A stretch of DNA of 37,646 bases. It comes from a virus (lineage: Duplodnaviria > Caudoviricetes). The DNA lies in IMG/VR virus record IMGVR_UViG_3300030376_006176, positions 1 to 37,646 of that record, one strand, 5' to 3'. A program made the translations under genes and the position numbers. Positions 1 through 8,751 of this stretch are shown piece after piece. Numbering within the stretch: position 1 is the stretch's first letter; each line of letters starts with the position of its first letter. The notes under the pieces are model-generated. The model ran no database searches and had not been told where the DNA came from. It saw nothing but the letters and a program-made list of their open reading frames with translations.

Positions 1-511
1 GACCAGTGCGTTGCGCTCGACGGCTACCTGTTTTGGCAGCTTGCCCACCAACCTCAACTGTCGTTGTGCCAATTGCTTCTGCAACTTTGGCTTCTTTACC
101 TAATGTAGCTGCTCGACCTGCACCTTCTTCAGCGCGACTGGTTTTACGTTCAGCCTCTGATAACTTTTCAGCTGCTTGTGTGCGTTGAATTTTTCTTGGG
201 TTTGTTACTTTGGGTGCTGGCGCAAAAACTCTTTTACCCGGCTGCGCATTGTCAACTAAATCAATCCATACAATTGCTTCTTCTTGTTTATTGAGTTGTT
301 TAGGATTTTTATTGAACAACTTGCGACTACGATCACTAACTTGTTGCGCTGTAAACGCTTCAGGCAAGTCATCTAAAGTTTTGAGTTCATCGAGTTGGTT
401 TAGTTCTTTGGCCATGCGGCTCGTAAGCAAGCCGCCTTTCTTTGCGCCAATGCCAATAACACCAGCCATACCCATGCCAGGAATGCCAATAGTCGATAAA
501 TCTTCTGATAC
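1..511. repeat. Left copy of an imperfect 511-bp terminal direct repeat (partner 37136-37646)
   Basis: Same length as 37136-37646 with no indels. First 55 nt and last 71 nt are identical; the interior has many substitutions. Confidence 0.95.
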
Positions 512-856
512 TACGCGCTGCGGGCGAAACGATGTGCTGCGTCCCTGGATCTCAGCTATTCGATTGCGACCAGGCTTCAGCGTGTCTTGTGGCGTACCAT
601 AATATGCTGTCTTCTTTTCGCTGTTCCAACCAACAAAGTTTTCGCCTGAACGCAGTCCTTCCATTTGTGCCTCAGTAAGACCGGCAACAAGTGATCGCAG
701 TTTAGCTTTCTTTGCTGAGGCTTCAGCTTTTTTACCACGCTCTAAAGAAACGTCGATTTCTTCTTGTGTGGGTTTATATGTTTGGCGCGGGCGCTTGGGT
801 TTTGCCCGGCCTCCGCCGCCATCACCACCATCTGTCATAACAGGTAACGTTGCCAT
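1..856 (-). CDS. 5' part of a large Ala/Lys/Arg-rich putative virion protein; continues across the circular join into 35754-37646 (about 745 aa total)
   Basis: Not in the ORF track because it runs off the edge. ATG at 856 overlaps the upstream TAA. My translation MATLPVMTDGGDGGGGRAKPKRP... is open and in frame with MGMAGVIGIGAKKGG of the 35754-37610 ORF. Confidence 0.85.
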   Translation of the reverse strand, partial: MATLPVMTDGGDGGGGRAKPKRPRQTYKPTQEEIDVSLERGKKAEASAKKAKLRSLVAGLTEAQMEGLRSGENFVGWNSEKKTAYYGTPQDTLKPGRNRIAEIQGRSTSFRPQRVVSEDLSTIGIPGMGMAGVIGIGAKKGGLLTSRMAKELNQLDELKTLDDLPEAFTAQQVSDRSRKLFNKNPKQLNKQEEAIVWIDLVDNAQPGKRVFAPAPKVTNPRKIQRTQAAEKLSEAERKTSRAEEGAGRAATLGKEAKVAEAIGTTTVEVGGQAAKTGSRRAQRTG

Positions 857-1242
857 TACATTTCACCTTTTAGCTTGCGCGGCTTAGTTCCTTTTTCTGG
901 ATCTTTACGGAATGCCGACGAAAGCATTTCAGCTGCACTACCAATAGCAGCGCCAGTCTTGCCGATTTCTCGATTAGTTTTTGATGTGTTATCTGCACCC
1001 AGTGCGCCGGTAGCAGCGCCTACCAATCCAGCACCCGCAGTAATATACGGATTGCCGCCGCTTGCAGCGGCTGCTGTGCCAGCAGCATTTAGACCACCTT
1101 GTATGGCACCCATGCCCATACTAGCTAAGTCTTTGCCCTGCGGAACCGCCATTCCTTCAGCAGCAGTCTGACGAGCAGCAGCCATGCCACCTGGAGTATA
1201 TGCAAACTCTTTGACACCATCTTTAGTATTTACGCGAGGCAT
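856..1242 (-). CDS. Gly/Ala-rich putative virion or ejection protein with glycine-zipper-like segment
   Basis: 128-aa ORF coupled to neighbours by TAATG overlaps; contains AGAGLVGAATGALG; N-terminal KEFAYTPGGMAAA motif. Confidence 0.7.
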   Translation of the reverse strand: MPRVNTKDGVKEFAYTPGGMAAARQTAAEGMAVPQGKDLASMGMGAIQGGLNAAGTAAAASGGNPYITAGAGLVGAATGALGADNTSKTNREIGKTGAAIGSAAEMLSSAFRKDPEKGTKPRKLKGEM

Positions 1243-1409
1243 TAGGGCTCCCCTAATATGTCGGCCGGACTGAGCGTACCATCCTCCTCTTCATGCGGGA
1301 AATGAATACGCTTTTCTAGCCGATACCGTTTGTAGTCCACCACCACGGAGAACGCCTGGACGATTGCTAACGCTGCAATAGCATAAGCAAACCATCCAGA
1401 CGCCTCCAT
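1242..1409 (-). CDS. Small single-TM membrane protein (55 aa)
   Basis: ATG at 1409 just after the capsid stop; WFAYAIAALAIVQAFSVVV hydrophobic stretch followed by YKRYR. Confidence 0.6.
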   Translation of the reverse strand: MEASGWFAYAIAALAIVQAFSVVVDYKRYRLEKRIHFPHEEEDGTLSPADILGEP

Positions 1410-1413
1410 GCTG

Positions 1414-2775
1414 CTAAGGCAGACCTGGGAAGTCGAAACCAACCAAGATTCCATTGCAGTTCGGCATAATGCAAATGGTATTGTAATACCAACTCACATG
1501 GCCCTGGTAAGCATCCGTGCCTAACGGGGAACGTGAAAGCACGTTGCCATCAATGTCTTCAATGTCCGCACCCTTGAGCTGTGCCAGCTTCCAAGACGCA
1601 GTATTGAGGAACAACATCAAGCCACGACCGCATTTGCGATCCGTCATCATGGTAATGCCGTTGTAACTAATAGTCGTTACGCCAACATCGCCATGCTGTG
1701 CTTTGTTTGCATCAGTTTGCAGCGAATTCGTGTTGCTGATTAGCGACACATACGCTTGACGCGTCGTGGGGCGCATGACCAACAAGTCAGTCTTCTTGCC
1801 AGCAAACGGCTCTTCTTGGAGCTCGGTAAGCAATGCTTCCATGCGACCCTGGGTAAGCGCCGATGCAGCGCACGGCTCGGCCAAGGTTTGTTGACGGATG
1901 CAAGCACGCAGGTGCTCTTTGCCGCCATCGCTAACTGCAGGATTGTTGACGCCTGCAGTGTTACGATTGATACCAAAATGGTTTTGCGACGCAAGGTTGC
2001 CGTAAATACCAATAGGCTCAAGCGGGATCTGGGGCTTTTGGCCGTTACCGTTAGTCAACACAACAGCAAGCGGAACACCTTCAGCTAACGGCGTTTGACC
2101 AGCAGCAATCATTGACGCTCTACGGAAATCCAAAACCTGTCCAATGTTGACAGTCATGTTGCCTGCAGCTTCACGATAAATACCGGCTGATGCAACGTTA
2201 TACGCAGCGCCCATGGGTTGAATCTCGTAGTTGTCGAGACGAACCAACGAAAATGCTGCTTGTCCAGCACCACCGCCTGGCACAACCGGAATCTCTTCGA
2301 TGTTGCCAAAGAATTCGATTTCCGTCGTATCTGCAACGGTCAAAGCACGGACGGTAATAAACCCAACCACGCCACCACCGACAAACAAAGCACGCGAAGC
2401 GTCATTCTTCACATCGTCAACAGCGCCGTCCATTTCGCTTTCCATAGCCTGAACGAATGAACCCACTTTGTTCTTGGCAGATGCCAACAACGGTCCAGAC
2501 AGTTCAAACGATCCGTAAAGCAAGTTTGCGGTAATGTTGAGGTTCACCTTTTCCTGAAAGGAAGCAGTAGGAAGCGCAACGCCTTCTGCACGATAACCGA
2601 CGTTACCTTGGCCACGTCCCACCTTGACGGCAAAGACAGCTTGACGGCCAGTCCAGTCGAGTACCATGCGTTGAAAACGCGCAAGAAGCGGAATCTCACG
2701 ATTGATTGCATCGTGCAGTCCGCCAGTATCGTAGAAATCTTTTAGAATCCTACTATAATTAGCAATAGTCGCCAT
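1414..2775 (-). CDS. Major capsid protein (HK97 fold presumed)
   Basis: 453 aa, directly after the scaffold-like gene with a GGAG RBS. MATIANYSRILKDFY start, VGYRAEGVALP, and a C-terminal WYYNTICIMPNCNGILVG resemble podophage capsid proteins. Confidence 0.8.
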   Translation of the reverse strand: MATIANYSRILKDFYDTGGLHDAINREIPLLARFQRMVLDWTGRQAVFAVKVGRGQGNVGYRAEGVALPTASFQEKVNLNITANLLYGSFELSGPLLASAKNKVGSFVQAMESEMDGAVDDVKNDASRALFVGGGVVGFITVRALTVADTTEIEFFGNIEEIPVVPGGGAGQAAFSLVRLDNYEIQPMGAAYNVASAGIYREAAGNMTVNIGQVLDFRRASMIAAGQTPLAEGVPLAVVLTNGNGQKPQIPLEPIGIYGNLASQNHFGINRNTAGVNNPAVSDGGKEHLRACIRQQTLAEPCAASALTQGRMEALLTELQEEPFAGKKTDLLVMRPTTRQAYVSLISNTNSLQTDANKAQHGDVGVTTISYNGITMMTDRKCGRGLMLFLNTASWKLAQLKGADIEDIDGNVLSRSPLGTDAYQGHVSWYYNTICIMPNCNGILVGFDFPGLP

Positions 2776-2797
2776 GACTATAGTCTCCTAGATGCAG

Positions 2798-3601
2798 CTA
2801 AGAGCCCGTAATGATTTCATAGGCCCTTCGTCTCGCATCATCTCTTGTAAAAGTTTTATCTCCTTGGCGACTTCCCTGCGACGATGCCGCACCGCGACTA
2901 TCTAATCGTGGGGGAGCCACTGCTGGAGTACGAGTTGTTGCCTGTTGATGGTTTGAAACAGCGTTTTGCTGCAACTCAGTAACGAATGACGCATAATACT
3001 CTGCGACTTCACCAATATTAGCATTCCCATTGAGACGAACGGCATCAATCAACTGCTTTCGCAGCCACGATCCCTCAACGTTTGAATGGGCGGAAACGGC
3101 TTGCTGAATCTCTTGTTCAAGTTCGCCTTTCACCTGCTCAATGACTTGGGCTTCCCGGTATTGATCGAACTCAGCACGCAGATTCATGAGGTCTGGGTTT
3201 TGATATTCAACGGGATTGCCGTATTCATCGAAATATTGGTTCTGATGCTGCTGTTCCTCGGGTTGCTGCTGGACCTGCGAGTGCTGTTGTTGCACCTGCG
3301 CTTCCATTGCAGAAAACCGCTCTTGAAGTTCCCTGAAGTTTTCAGTTGCTTCGTTACGCTGCCTAACCAAATCGGAGATCCGTCGTTGAGCGCCTGACTG
3401 GCGTCCTTCAGAAGGTTCAGATTGTTCAACGTCTGTTGATTCAGCTTCAGCGGCTACCGGCTCCGCATCGTTACGGCTTTCCTCTTGGCCTTCTGTTTCT
3501 TCAACAGCAGGTTCAGTGGATTCTGAAGTTTCCTCAGTAGAAGTTTCTCCGAGACTTTCGAGCCTGGCGATAAGCTCAGGGCGTCTAGATTCATCTAACA
3601 C
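2798..3601 (-). CDS. Capsid scaffolding protein
   Basis: Acidic disordered N-terminus, GAQRRISDLVRQRNEA coiled coil, short basic C-terminal helix; immediately upstream of the capsid gene. Confidence 0.7.
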   Translation of the reverse strand: MLDESRRPELIARLESLGETSTEETSESTEPAVEETEGQEESRNDAEPVAAEAESTDVEQSEPSEGRQSGAQRRISDLVRQRNEATENFRELQERFSAMEAQVQQQHSQVQQQPEEQQHQNQYFDEYGNPVEYQNPDLMNLRAEFDQYREAQVIEQVKGELEQEIQQAVSAHSNVEGSWLRKQLIDAVRLNGNANIGEVAEYYASFVTELQQNAVSNHQQATTRTPAVAPPRLDSRGAASSQGSRQGDKTFTRDDARRRAYEIITGS

Positions 3602-3649
3602 CGTTTACGCCTTTCTCAGGGACTAACGCGCCCTGTTACGAGGTGACGA

Positions 3650-5281
3650 CTAAATCAGGTCGGAAAGCGTAACGCGTTTCATCTTCCATGAAGGAGCATC
3701 TTGGAACTCATCTAAGTTTGCACCACCAAGTGTGCGCCCTGTGGCAAGTTCCCACGCTATTTTTTCGCTAACTGATTCTGGTCGTCTAACTTTTGCTGAT
3801 TCTACCGATAGCTCTGCTACCTGATCCATGCCCATCAATGCAAGCCCAGTTGCGATTACCATATCGTCGTGTTTGCCCGCTTCAGCGGCGATCCGACCAC
3901 GAGCATCGTAGATCATTGAGTTGCATTCTTTCATCATTCTCGGGCATTTTACATCAAGCCATTTGCGTGTGATGTGCTCATACAAACGATTTAGCAGTTG
4001 GTTGCGGCTATTTTGGCCAGTGTTAAACCCTAATGTTCGTGACCACTTTTTAGACACTCGATCTTGCTGCATTCGTGTGTAAATAAACTGATGGCCCGCT
4101 GCTTTGAGCTCTTCAAAAATAACATTGGCCCATGAGTAGTTTGTTTCAACTACCACCATTGCATTGTATTCTTTTGCGTACTGCGCCACGACTTGTCGAA
4201 AATCTGACGGCGCAATGTGCGCATAATACGTTGCAACTGTCTTTATATCACTTGGCCCTAATGTTTGTTCTTCTGCTAACTTGGTATGTGGCGTCACGTC
4301 GAGGATTGAAAAGGCACTAAAGTCACCACCAGGCGAGCCTGATGCTGTATCTACACCCATAGAGTACACACGATAGGGCTGGGGCTCCTCAAAGACTTTG
4401 ATGCCTTCTTCTACCCGCCCACGCACAGGGAATGTTTCAGGCAGCCAGCGTGATCCACTTGTAACAAACGCTAGTTCTGGGTTTGCAGGAAACTCTTGGT
4501 TGAAAATGTGCCAAGAGTTACCGCAGTTCTTCCGCTTCATGCGGACCATCCAGTTGAACTGCTCGTCAGTTAGCTCAAATCGCTCTTTGTATAATCGCTC
4601 ATCCTCTTGGATGTCGTTGAAGTAGGCTCGATTAGAGGTATATTCAGGGTCATCTTTCCAGCACAGGAAAACTTTTTGCCAACCGTTGTTGTCGTGCCAA
4701 AAATCATAGGCTTCATTTAGGCCATTTGCCGTGCCTTCCATGACAATACGAGCGTGATTGCCGCCAGTATTGAAGTTTGCAGCAATAGCTTCGCCAAGTT
4801 GATTCCACTGTGGAAACTCTGAGCCATGAATCAAGTCTGCATCTGTACCACGAGCACTTTCGGACGATGCTGACACCACACGCAGCCACGAGCCATTTTC
4901 TAGTAAGATTTCTTCTAGATTTGACTGCACAATCGGGTGCGTCATTTCAGGTGGCAACGACTTAAAAAAACGTTTGTAGATTTTGAAGATATTTCGTGCG
5001 GATCGGTCAGTGTGAGCCAGCACTAGAACACGAGTATTTGGCCGAAAGTTAGCCATCCAGGTAAACCAAGCTGAAATAACCGTCGATGAGCCCATTTTGC
5101 GGCCCTTGATTACGCACACATCACTGTGTTTTTCGCATAATCCGATCAAATGCTTTTGCACAGGCTTGAGGTTTAGCTTTCGCTCTTTGCCTCGCATGTC
5201 GATAATTTTTAGCCATCGACTTGCAAAGTATTCAAAGTCATCTCTGCATCGTTTGACTTCTGTTAGTGCTGCTTTATCCAT
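3650..5281 (-). CDS. terL: Terminase large subunit
   Basis: Walker A-like KGRKMGSST, Walker B-like LIHGSEF, coupling motif EGTANG, nuclease motifs MGVDTASG and HDDMVIA. Confidence 0.93.
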   Translation of the reverse strand: MDKAALTEVKRCRDDFEYFASRWLKIIDMRGKERKLNLKPVQKHLIGLCEKHSDVCVIKGRKMGSSTVISAWFTWMANFRPNTRVLVLAHTDRSARNIFKIYKRFFKSLPPEMTHPIVQSNLEEILLENGSWLRVVSASSESARGTDADLIHGSEFPQWNQLGEAIAANFNTGGNHARIVMEGTANGLNEAYDFWHDNNGWQKVFLCWKDDPEYTSNRAYFNDIQEDERLYKERFELTDEQFNWMVRMKRKNCGNSWHIFNQEFPANPELAFVTSGSRWLPETFPVRGRVEEGIKVFEEPQPYRVYSMGVDTASGSPGGDFSAFSILDVTPHTKLAEEQTLGPSDIKTVATYYAHIAPSDFRQVVAQYAKEYNAMVVVETNYSWANVIFEELKAAGHQFIYTRMQQDRVSKKWSRTLGFNTGQNSRNQLLNRLYEHITRKWLDVKCPRMMKECNSMIYDARGRIAAEAGKHDDMVIATGLALMGMDQVAELSVESAKVRRPESVSEKIAWELATGRTLGGANLDEFQDAPSWKMKRVTLSDLI

Positions 5282-5420
5282 GTGCGTGGTTCATTGCTCG
5301 CACTAATATCCAAGTCATATTGCGCATAAGCATCAAAACACGGGCATCTACTGTGCCATCTTTTTCTATACGGACGGCTATTGGTACCCCGTCTGGCATT
5401 TGCATAAGCGCAAACTTCAT
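5274..5420 (-). CDS. Hypothetical protein (48 aa, MKFALMQMPDGVPIAVRIEKDG...)
   Basis: Manually translated. ATG overlaps the upstream stop and the end overlaps the terL start, filling the gap. Confidence 0.55.
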   Translation of the reverse strand: MKFALMQMPDGVPIAVRIEKDGTVDARVLMLMRNMTWILVRAMNHAHG

Positions 5421-5773
5421 TAGACTTCTTTGCCGATTGCTGCGCTAATCTTAGCGTAATGAGTGCGCATTTCACCAAGCCCTTCTTTGACTAAGCTCTC
5501 CAGGTCTTGGATTTCTTTTTCAATGCCGCCTAGACGGTTTGTCCATTCCAAGCGTTCTGTGTCATATTTTGAGACAACTTCCATAAATCTGTCTCTTACT
5601 TCAGCCTCACGCCTATTGCAGTCTTCCTGCATTTCTCGCAGTTGCTGCTGAAAGTTATCGGTTTGCACTTCCATGCGCTTTGACATTCGGATGTACATCC
5701 AAAAGATAGCACCTGAAGCAAGCCCCAGTGCTCCAAAATCGGCTAACATCTGTAAGATTTGCGACGAATCCAT
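5420..5773 (-). CDS. BhlA/UviB-like membrane protein (N-terminal TM plus coiled coil), possible holin
   Basis: LADFGALGLASGAIFWMYI TM followed by a charged coiled coil with NRREAE; architecture resembles BhlA-type holins. Confidence 0.5.
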   Translation of the reverse strand: MDSSQILQMLADFGALGLASGAIFWMYIRMSKRMEVQTDNFQQQLREMQEDCNRREAEVRDRFMEVVSKYDTERLEWTNRLGGIEKEIQDLESLVKEGLGEMRTHYAKISAAIGKEV

Positions 5774-5943
5774 TACAGCCGCCTAGCACCTGCGTAATAT
5801 GCTTCGTGCATATAACATATCAAACCATCGCTTATGTTTGGTTCAAGCTTTTTACCTGTTTTTCGTAGGTACTTCATTTCAAAAAGCCACTCCTTGAACG
5901 GCTCATCAAGCAGCCAAGAGTTTGGTTGTTTATGAAGATCCAT
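5773..5943 (-). CDS. Hypothetical protein (56 aa, MDLHKQPNSWLLDEPFKEWLF...)
   Basis: Manually translated; TAATG overlaps at both ends. Confidence 0.65.
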   Translation of the reverse strand: MDLHKQPNSWLLDEPFKEWLFEMKYLRKTGKKLEPNISDGLICYMHEAYYAGARRL

Positions 5944-6140
5944 TACCGCCCCACAAAAAAACTAGCTACAACCGTTAGTCCACAAACGAATACACTGGCA
6001 GCCACCCAGTGATAGGCACGAAAAAACATCATGTGTTTCTCTGTAGCCAGCAAAAGATTTTCAATGCGCTGGTCGTGTTTATCAACCTGGCGTTCAATGC
6101 CGTCTACTCGAACTTCTAATCGTGCTACTTGCTCAGTCAT
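5943..6140 (-). CDS. XhlA-like protein (coiled coil plus C-terminal TM)
   Basis: VARLEVRVDGIERQVDKHDQRIENL coiled coil, then WVAASVFVCGLTVVASFFV. Confidence 0.55.
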   Translation of the reverse strand: MTEQVARLEVRVDGIERQVDKHDQRIENLLLATEKHMMFFRAYHWVAASVFVCGLTVVASFFVGR

Positions 6141-6657
6141 TGTCGAGTTCATTGAGCAACTCGCTTAGTCGTGTAGGTTTTGCAGCAGTTGCTTGAGAGG
6201 CTTTAGGGGATACCAAACCGTAAATCTTAGAGTTTTCATTGACGAGATTTCTAAGCAGCTCGGAACAAATCTTCACGCTCATAGCGTATTTGAATGCTTG
6301 CGGCTCAACTTCAGTTTCTACTCGATCAAACGCACGCTTGACCATGCCGTGTAACTCATCAGCCAAGAGCCGTTGTCTTGTAACTACCGTCTCCAAATGA
6401 GACTCTAGTTCCTCAATAGCTTCGAGCTCACGAGATTCAATAACCTCTTTAGCACGCTCATACAGTGCTTCAGCTTTAGCGGAGTCACTACGAGCCCAGC
6501 CTTCGTCTTCTTTGCGCCTGTAAAGCGTTGCTCTGCTTACACCGTGCTTCTTAGCAACCGTGGTCATTTTGACGCCAGACTCCCATTCAGCACGAGCCCA
6601 AGCAATACGCTGTCCCATGGGAATCTGCGTGATATTTTTAGGTTTACCCTGCGCCAT
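6133..6657 (-). CDS. terS: Terminase small subunit (N-terminal HTH)
   Basis: HTH MTTVAKKHGVSRATLYRRKEDEGW followed by helical oligomerisation region; upstream of terL. Confidence 0.7.
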   Translation of the reverse strand: MAQGKPKNITQIPMGQRIAWARAEWESGVKMTTVAKKHGVSRATLYRRKEDEGWARSDSAKAEALYERAKEVIESRELEAIEELESHLETVVTRQRLLADELHGMVKRAFDRVETEVEPQAFKYAMSVKICSELLRNLVNENSKIYGLVSPKASQATAAKPTRLSELLNELDND

Positions 6658-7171
6658 GAGACTCTTCCTCCTGGGCGTCGTTTACATCCATTGTCAGCAT
6701 TTCTGCAAGCAACTGGGCTGTAAGCTTCTTGCGCTCATGCTGTTTCGTCTTTTGAGTAAGCATCTTATGACCGTTGCCTAAAAAATCAGTCACAGCGTCT
6801 GCAATGACAACTAGATCACCTTGGCTAGTGTGGTCAGGAGTCCCAATAGCACGAAGCTCCTTGAGCGCCTTATTAGCCACTACACGCCACCCACGCACGC
6901 TAGGCGTGTACGCTTGGTCAGAAAACTCGCCAAGCTCCAGCAGTGCCTTCTCTAAGTAATGAACAGCAATCGCATGAGTAGCGCAAAGGCTTTGGTCTTG
7001 CGGAAGCTCAGTCTCATTATGATGAAGATAAACAGCATCTAGGCTATGCTTGATTTCCAAAAGCGCATTTCCCGCAATAGCTTCCTGCACAGCAGCAGGG
7101 GGAGCAACAACAAACCCAGGGTCAGTTAGCTCCTCGGGCTCCAGCACTTCAGGCTCAATAACTTCGGACAT
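6644..7171 (-). CDS. Hypothetical protein, first gene of the leftward late operon
   Basis: AGGAG RBS before the ATG at 7171; overlaps the terS start. Confidence 0.7.
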   Translation of the reverse strand: MSEVIEPEVLEPEELTDPGFVVAPPAAVQEAIAGNALLEIKHSLDAVYLHHNETELPQDQSLCATHAIAVHYLEKALLELGEFSDQAYTPSVRGWRVVANKALKELRAIGTPDHTSQGDLVVIADAVTDFLGNGHKMLTQKTKQHERKKLTAQLLAEMLTMDVNDAQEEESHGAG

Positions 7172-7258
7172 ACTTCTAGCTCCTATAGTTAGCTTGTGCA
7201 CCTACTCACACAAACTGAAAGCTTTGGGAATGAGACAGTTTGCATAAGTACCTATCAT

Positions 7259-7470
7259 GGTGCGGGGGTCAGCGGGGGGGTGCGGCGGCGGGATCGCTCA
7301 TGCGGGCGGGGGTGGGGTGCCGTGCGGGTGCGCCTGCGTTGCCGGTCAGGGCTGCAGCTCAGGCTAGGGCAGGGCAGGCAGGGCAGCACAGCTCAGGGCC
7401 TGCGCTCAGGCAGGGCGGGCGGGTGCTCATGCCCCACAACACCCAAGGCAGGCAGGGCGGGCGGAGCCTG
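7259..7470 (+). other. Extremely G-rich non-coding tract with GGG runs and GCAGG/GCTCAGG micro-repeats
   Basis: Directly visible: gggggtcagcggggggg, gggcgggggtgggg, and ggcagggcgggcgg twice. Confidence 0.8.
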
Positions 7471-7548
7471 CGAGGCCACCCGTTCCAATACGCGCCCGCG
7501 CCTTTTCCATCGTCTAAACTTTCCAAAGCGTTTCAAGCTGTGCTTTTG

Positions 7549-7724
7549 CTGCAGCTCGTGCCGAAGTGTGCGCCTGTTTTTCTGCAGCTCGTGCGAAAAC
7601 CGGCCTCCTCAGCTGTAACCGAAAGGGCAATAGCGTAGGGTTTTCAACGCTCTAGGCCATTTGCTAAAACACGAAATATTTTGCAGCTCGTGAAAACTTG
7701 AGCACCTGCAAAGCTGCAGCTCGT
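7549..7724 (+). repeat. Four direct copies of TGCAGCTCGT
   Basis: Copies start at 7550, 7583, 7682 and 7715. Confidence 0.85.
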
Positions 7725-7792
7725 TGCGTTGTTGACGCGTTATACCTCTACACATGTGTCACAACAGGGACTGTAAAGCTATCCACTAGGAC

Positions 7793-7820
7793 TTGACAAA
7801 GCCCGCAAACTCGATACCCT
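7793..7820 (+). promoter_or_regulatory. Putative sigma70-type early promoter
   Basis: TTGACA (7793-7798), 16-nt spacer, TACCCT (7815-7820), upstream of the first rightward gene. Confidence 0.5.
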
Positions 7821-7897
7821 GACCCCACAATTTGTGGGTGTCCGGGCGTCTTTGACCCGCCACCATTGCGCCTAGAGCAGGCGAGAAGGAGAACACG

Positions 7898-8086
7898 ATG
7901 AATGGAAACGAAATGCTTACCCTTTGGACTCAATACGTTGAGCAGTCGCGCTATTGGGACGCAGAGCCCGACGAAACGCAGGCGGGTGGCGTCTTTGCTA
8001 CTGCGCACGCTGCAGAGTGCATGAGCGCAAACTACCACTCGCCATGCCTTGAGGGCTTGCAGATTGTCGCAGGTGTCCCATGCTAG
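7898..8086 (+). CDS. Hypothetical early protein
   Basis: AAGGAG RBS; 62 aa; overlaps next gene. Confidence 0.65.
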   Translation: MNGNEMLTLWTQYVEQSRYWDAEPDETQAGGVFATAHAAECMSANYHSPCLEGLQIVAGVPC

Positions 8087-8493
8087 TTGCAGTCTATAGA
8101 AACCTAAACGCCAAAGCGCACGAGGGCGGGCGCGAGTGGTTCAACCACGCTTGGTCCGTCTGCAAGGCAGGCCCTAAGCAACTCAAAACCAAGGGCACCA
8201 AAATTGCTAGCGTCACTATGAAGCAGCAGCTCTTATTGTTGAACGCTCAGGCCTGCTATGGCGCAGAAGAGAAGACAGTCAAACGCACAGGGCAGCGCGC
8301 CGTTTTTGCTTGGTGGCGTGGCACTTGGACTGCGCCTAGCGCGGTGGCCTACAAGGTAGGGCGCAGGCTTGGCATGAGCCCAATTGATAATGGTGAATTT
8401 CGCTTTGTATATGCCGACAATCGGCAACCCTGCCCGGCCGTTATGGCGGGCGTTCTTTTCACGGCCCATGGGGCATTTGAGGTGACATTATGA
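8080..8493 (+). CDS. Hypothetical early protein with VYRNL N-terminal motif
   Basis: 137 aa; VYRNL...WSV pattern recalls a common uncharacterised phage family; ATGA overlap with next gene. Confidence 0.65.
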   Translation: MLVAVYRNLNAKAHEGGREWFNHAWSVCKAGPKQLKTKGTKIASVTMKQQLLLLNAQACYGAEEKTVKRTGQRAVFAWWRGTWTAPSAVAYKVGRRLGMSPIDNGEFRFVYADNRQPCPAVMAGVLFTAHGAFEVTL

Positions 8494-8657
8494 GAGTGCG
8501 TTTTAGCTTTATCCTAGAGATTGACAACAATGAGCACCTAGACCGCGTGCAAGAGGTAGCGCACGAGGTAGGCGCTGAGCTCGACTGCGAGCTCATGGCG
8601 TACGAGCGCGACCTCTTGGCCTGCGTTGAGGTAGTGCCTGACGACGCCACTAAATAA
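8490..8657 (+). CDS. Hypothetical acidic protein (55 aa, MRVRFSFILEIDNNEHLDRV...)
   Basis: Manually translated; GAGGTG RBS and ATGA overlap. Confidence 0.65.
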   Translation: MRVRFSFILEIDNNEHLDRVQEVAHEVGAELDCELMAYERDLLACVEVVPDDATK

Positions 8658-8751
8658 GGCCGGCTATGGTCGGACCGTTGCGCACTCTTCACGGGTGCGC
8701 ATAGGTCCGCTCATGTCGAGCGGGTGCCAGCACTGGCAGAAGGAGAAACCG

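Noticed and set aside
1-511. Diversity-generating retroelement template/variable repeat pair with 37136-37646
   Set aside because: Mismatches are not confined to adenines, many are synonymous, and no reverse transcriptase is present.
1290-1416. Stop readthrough or frameshift extension of the capsid protein
   Set aside because: No slippery site seen, and the downstream region is explained by a separate TM ORF starting at 1409.
7196-7638. Plus-strand ORFs across the G-rich tract
   Set aside because: Low-complexity Gly/Arg translations expected from G-rich DNA lacking stops; no RBS.
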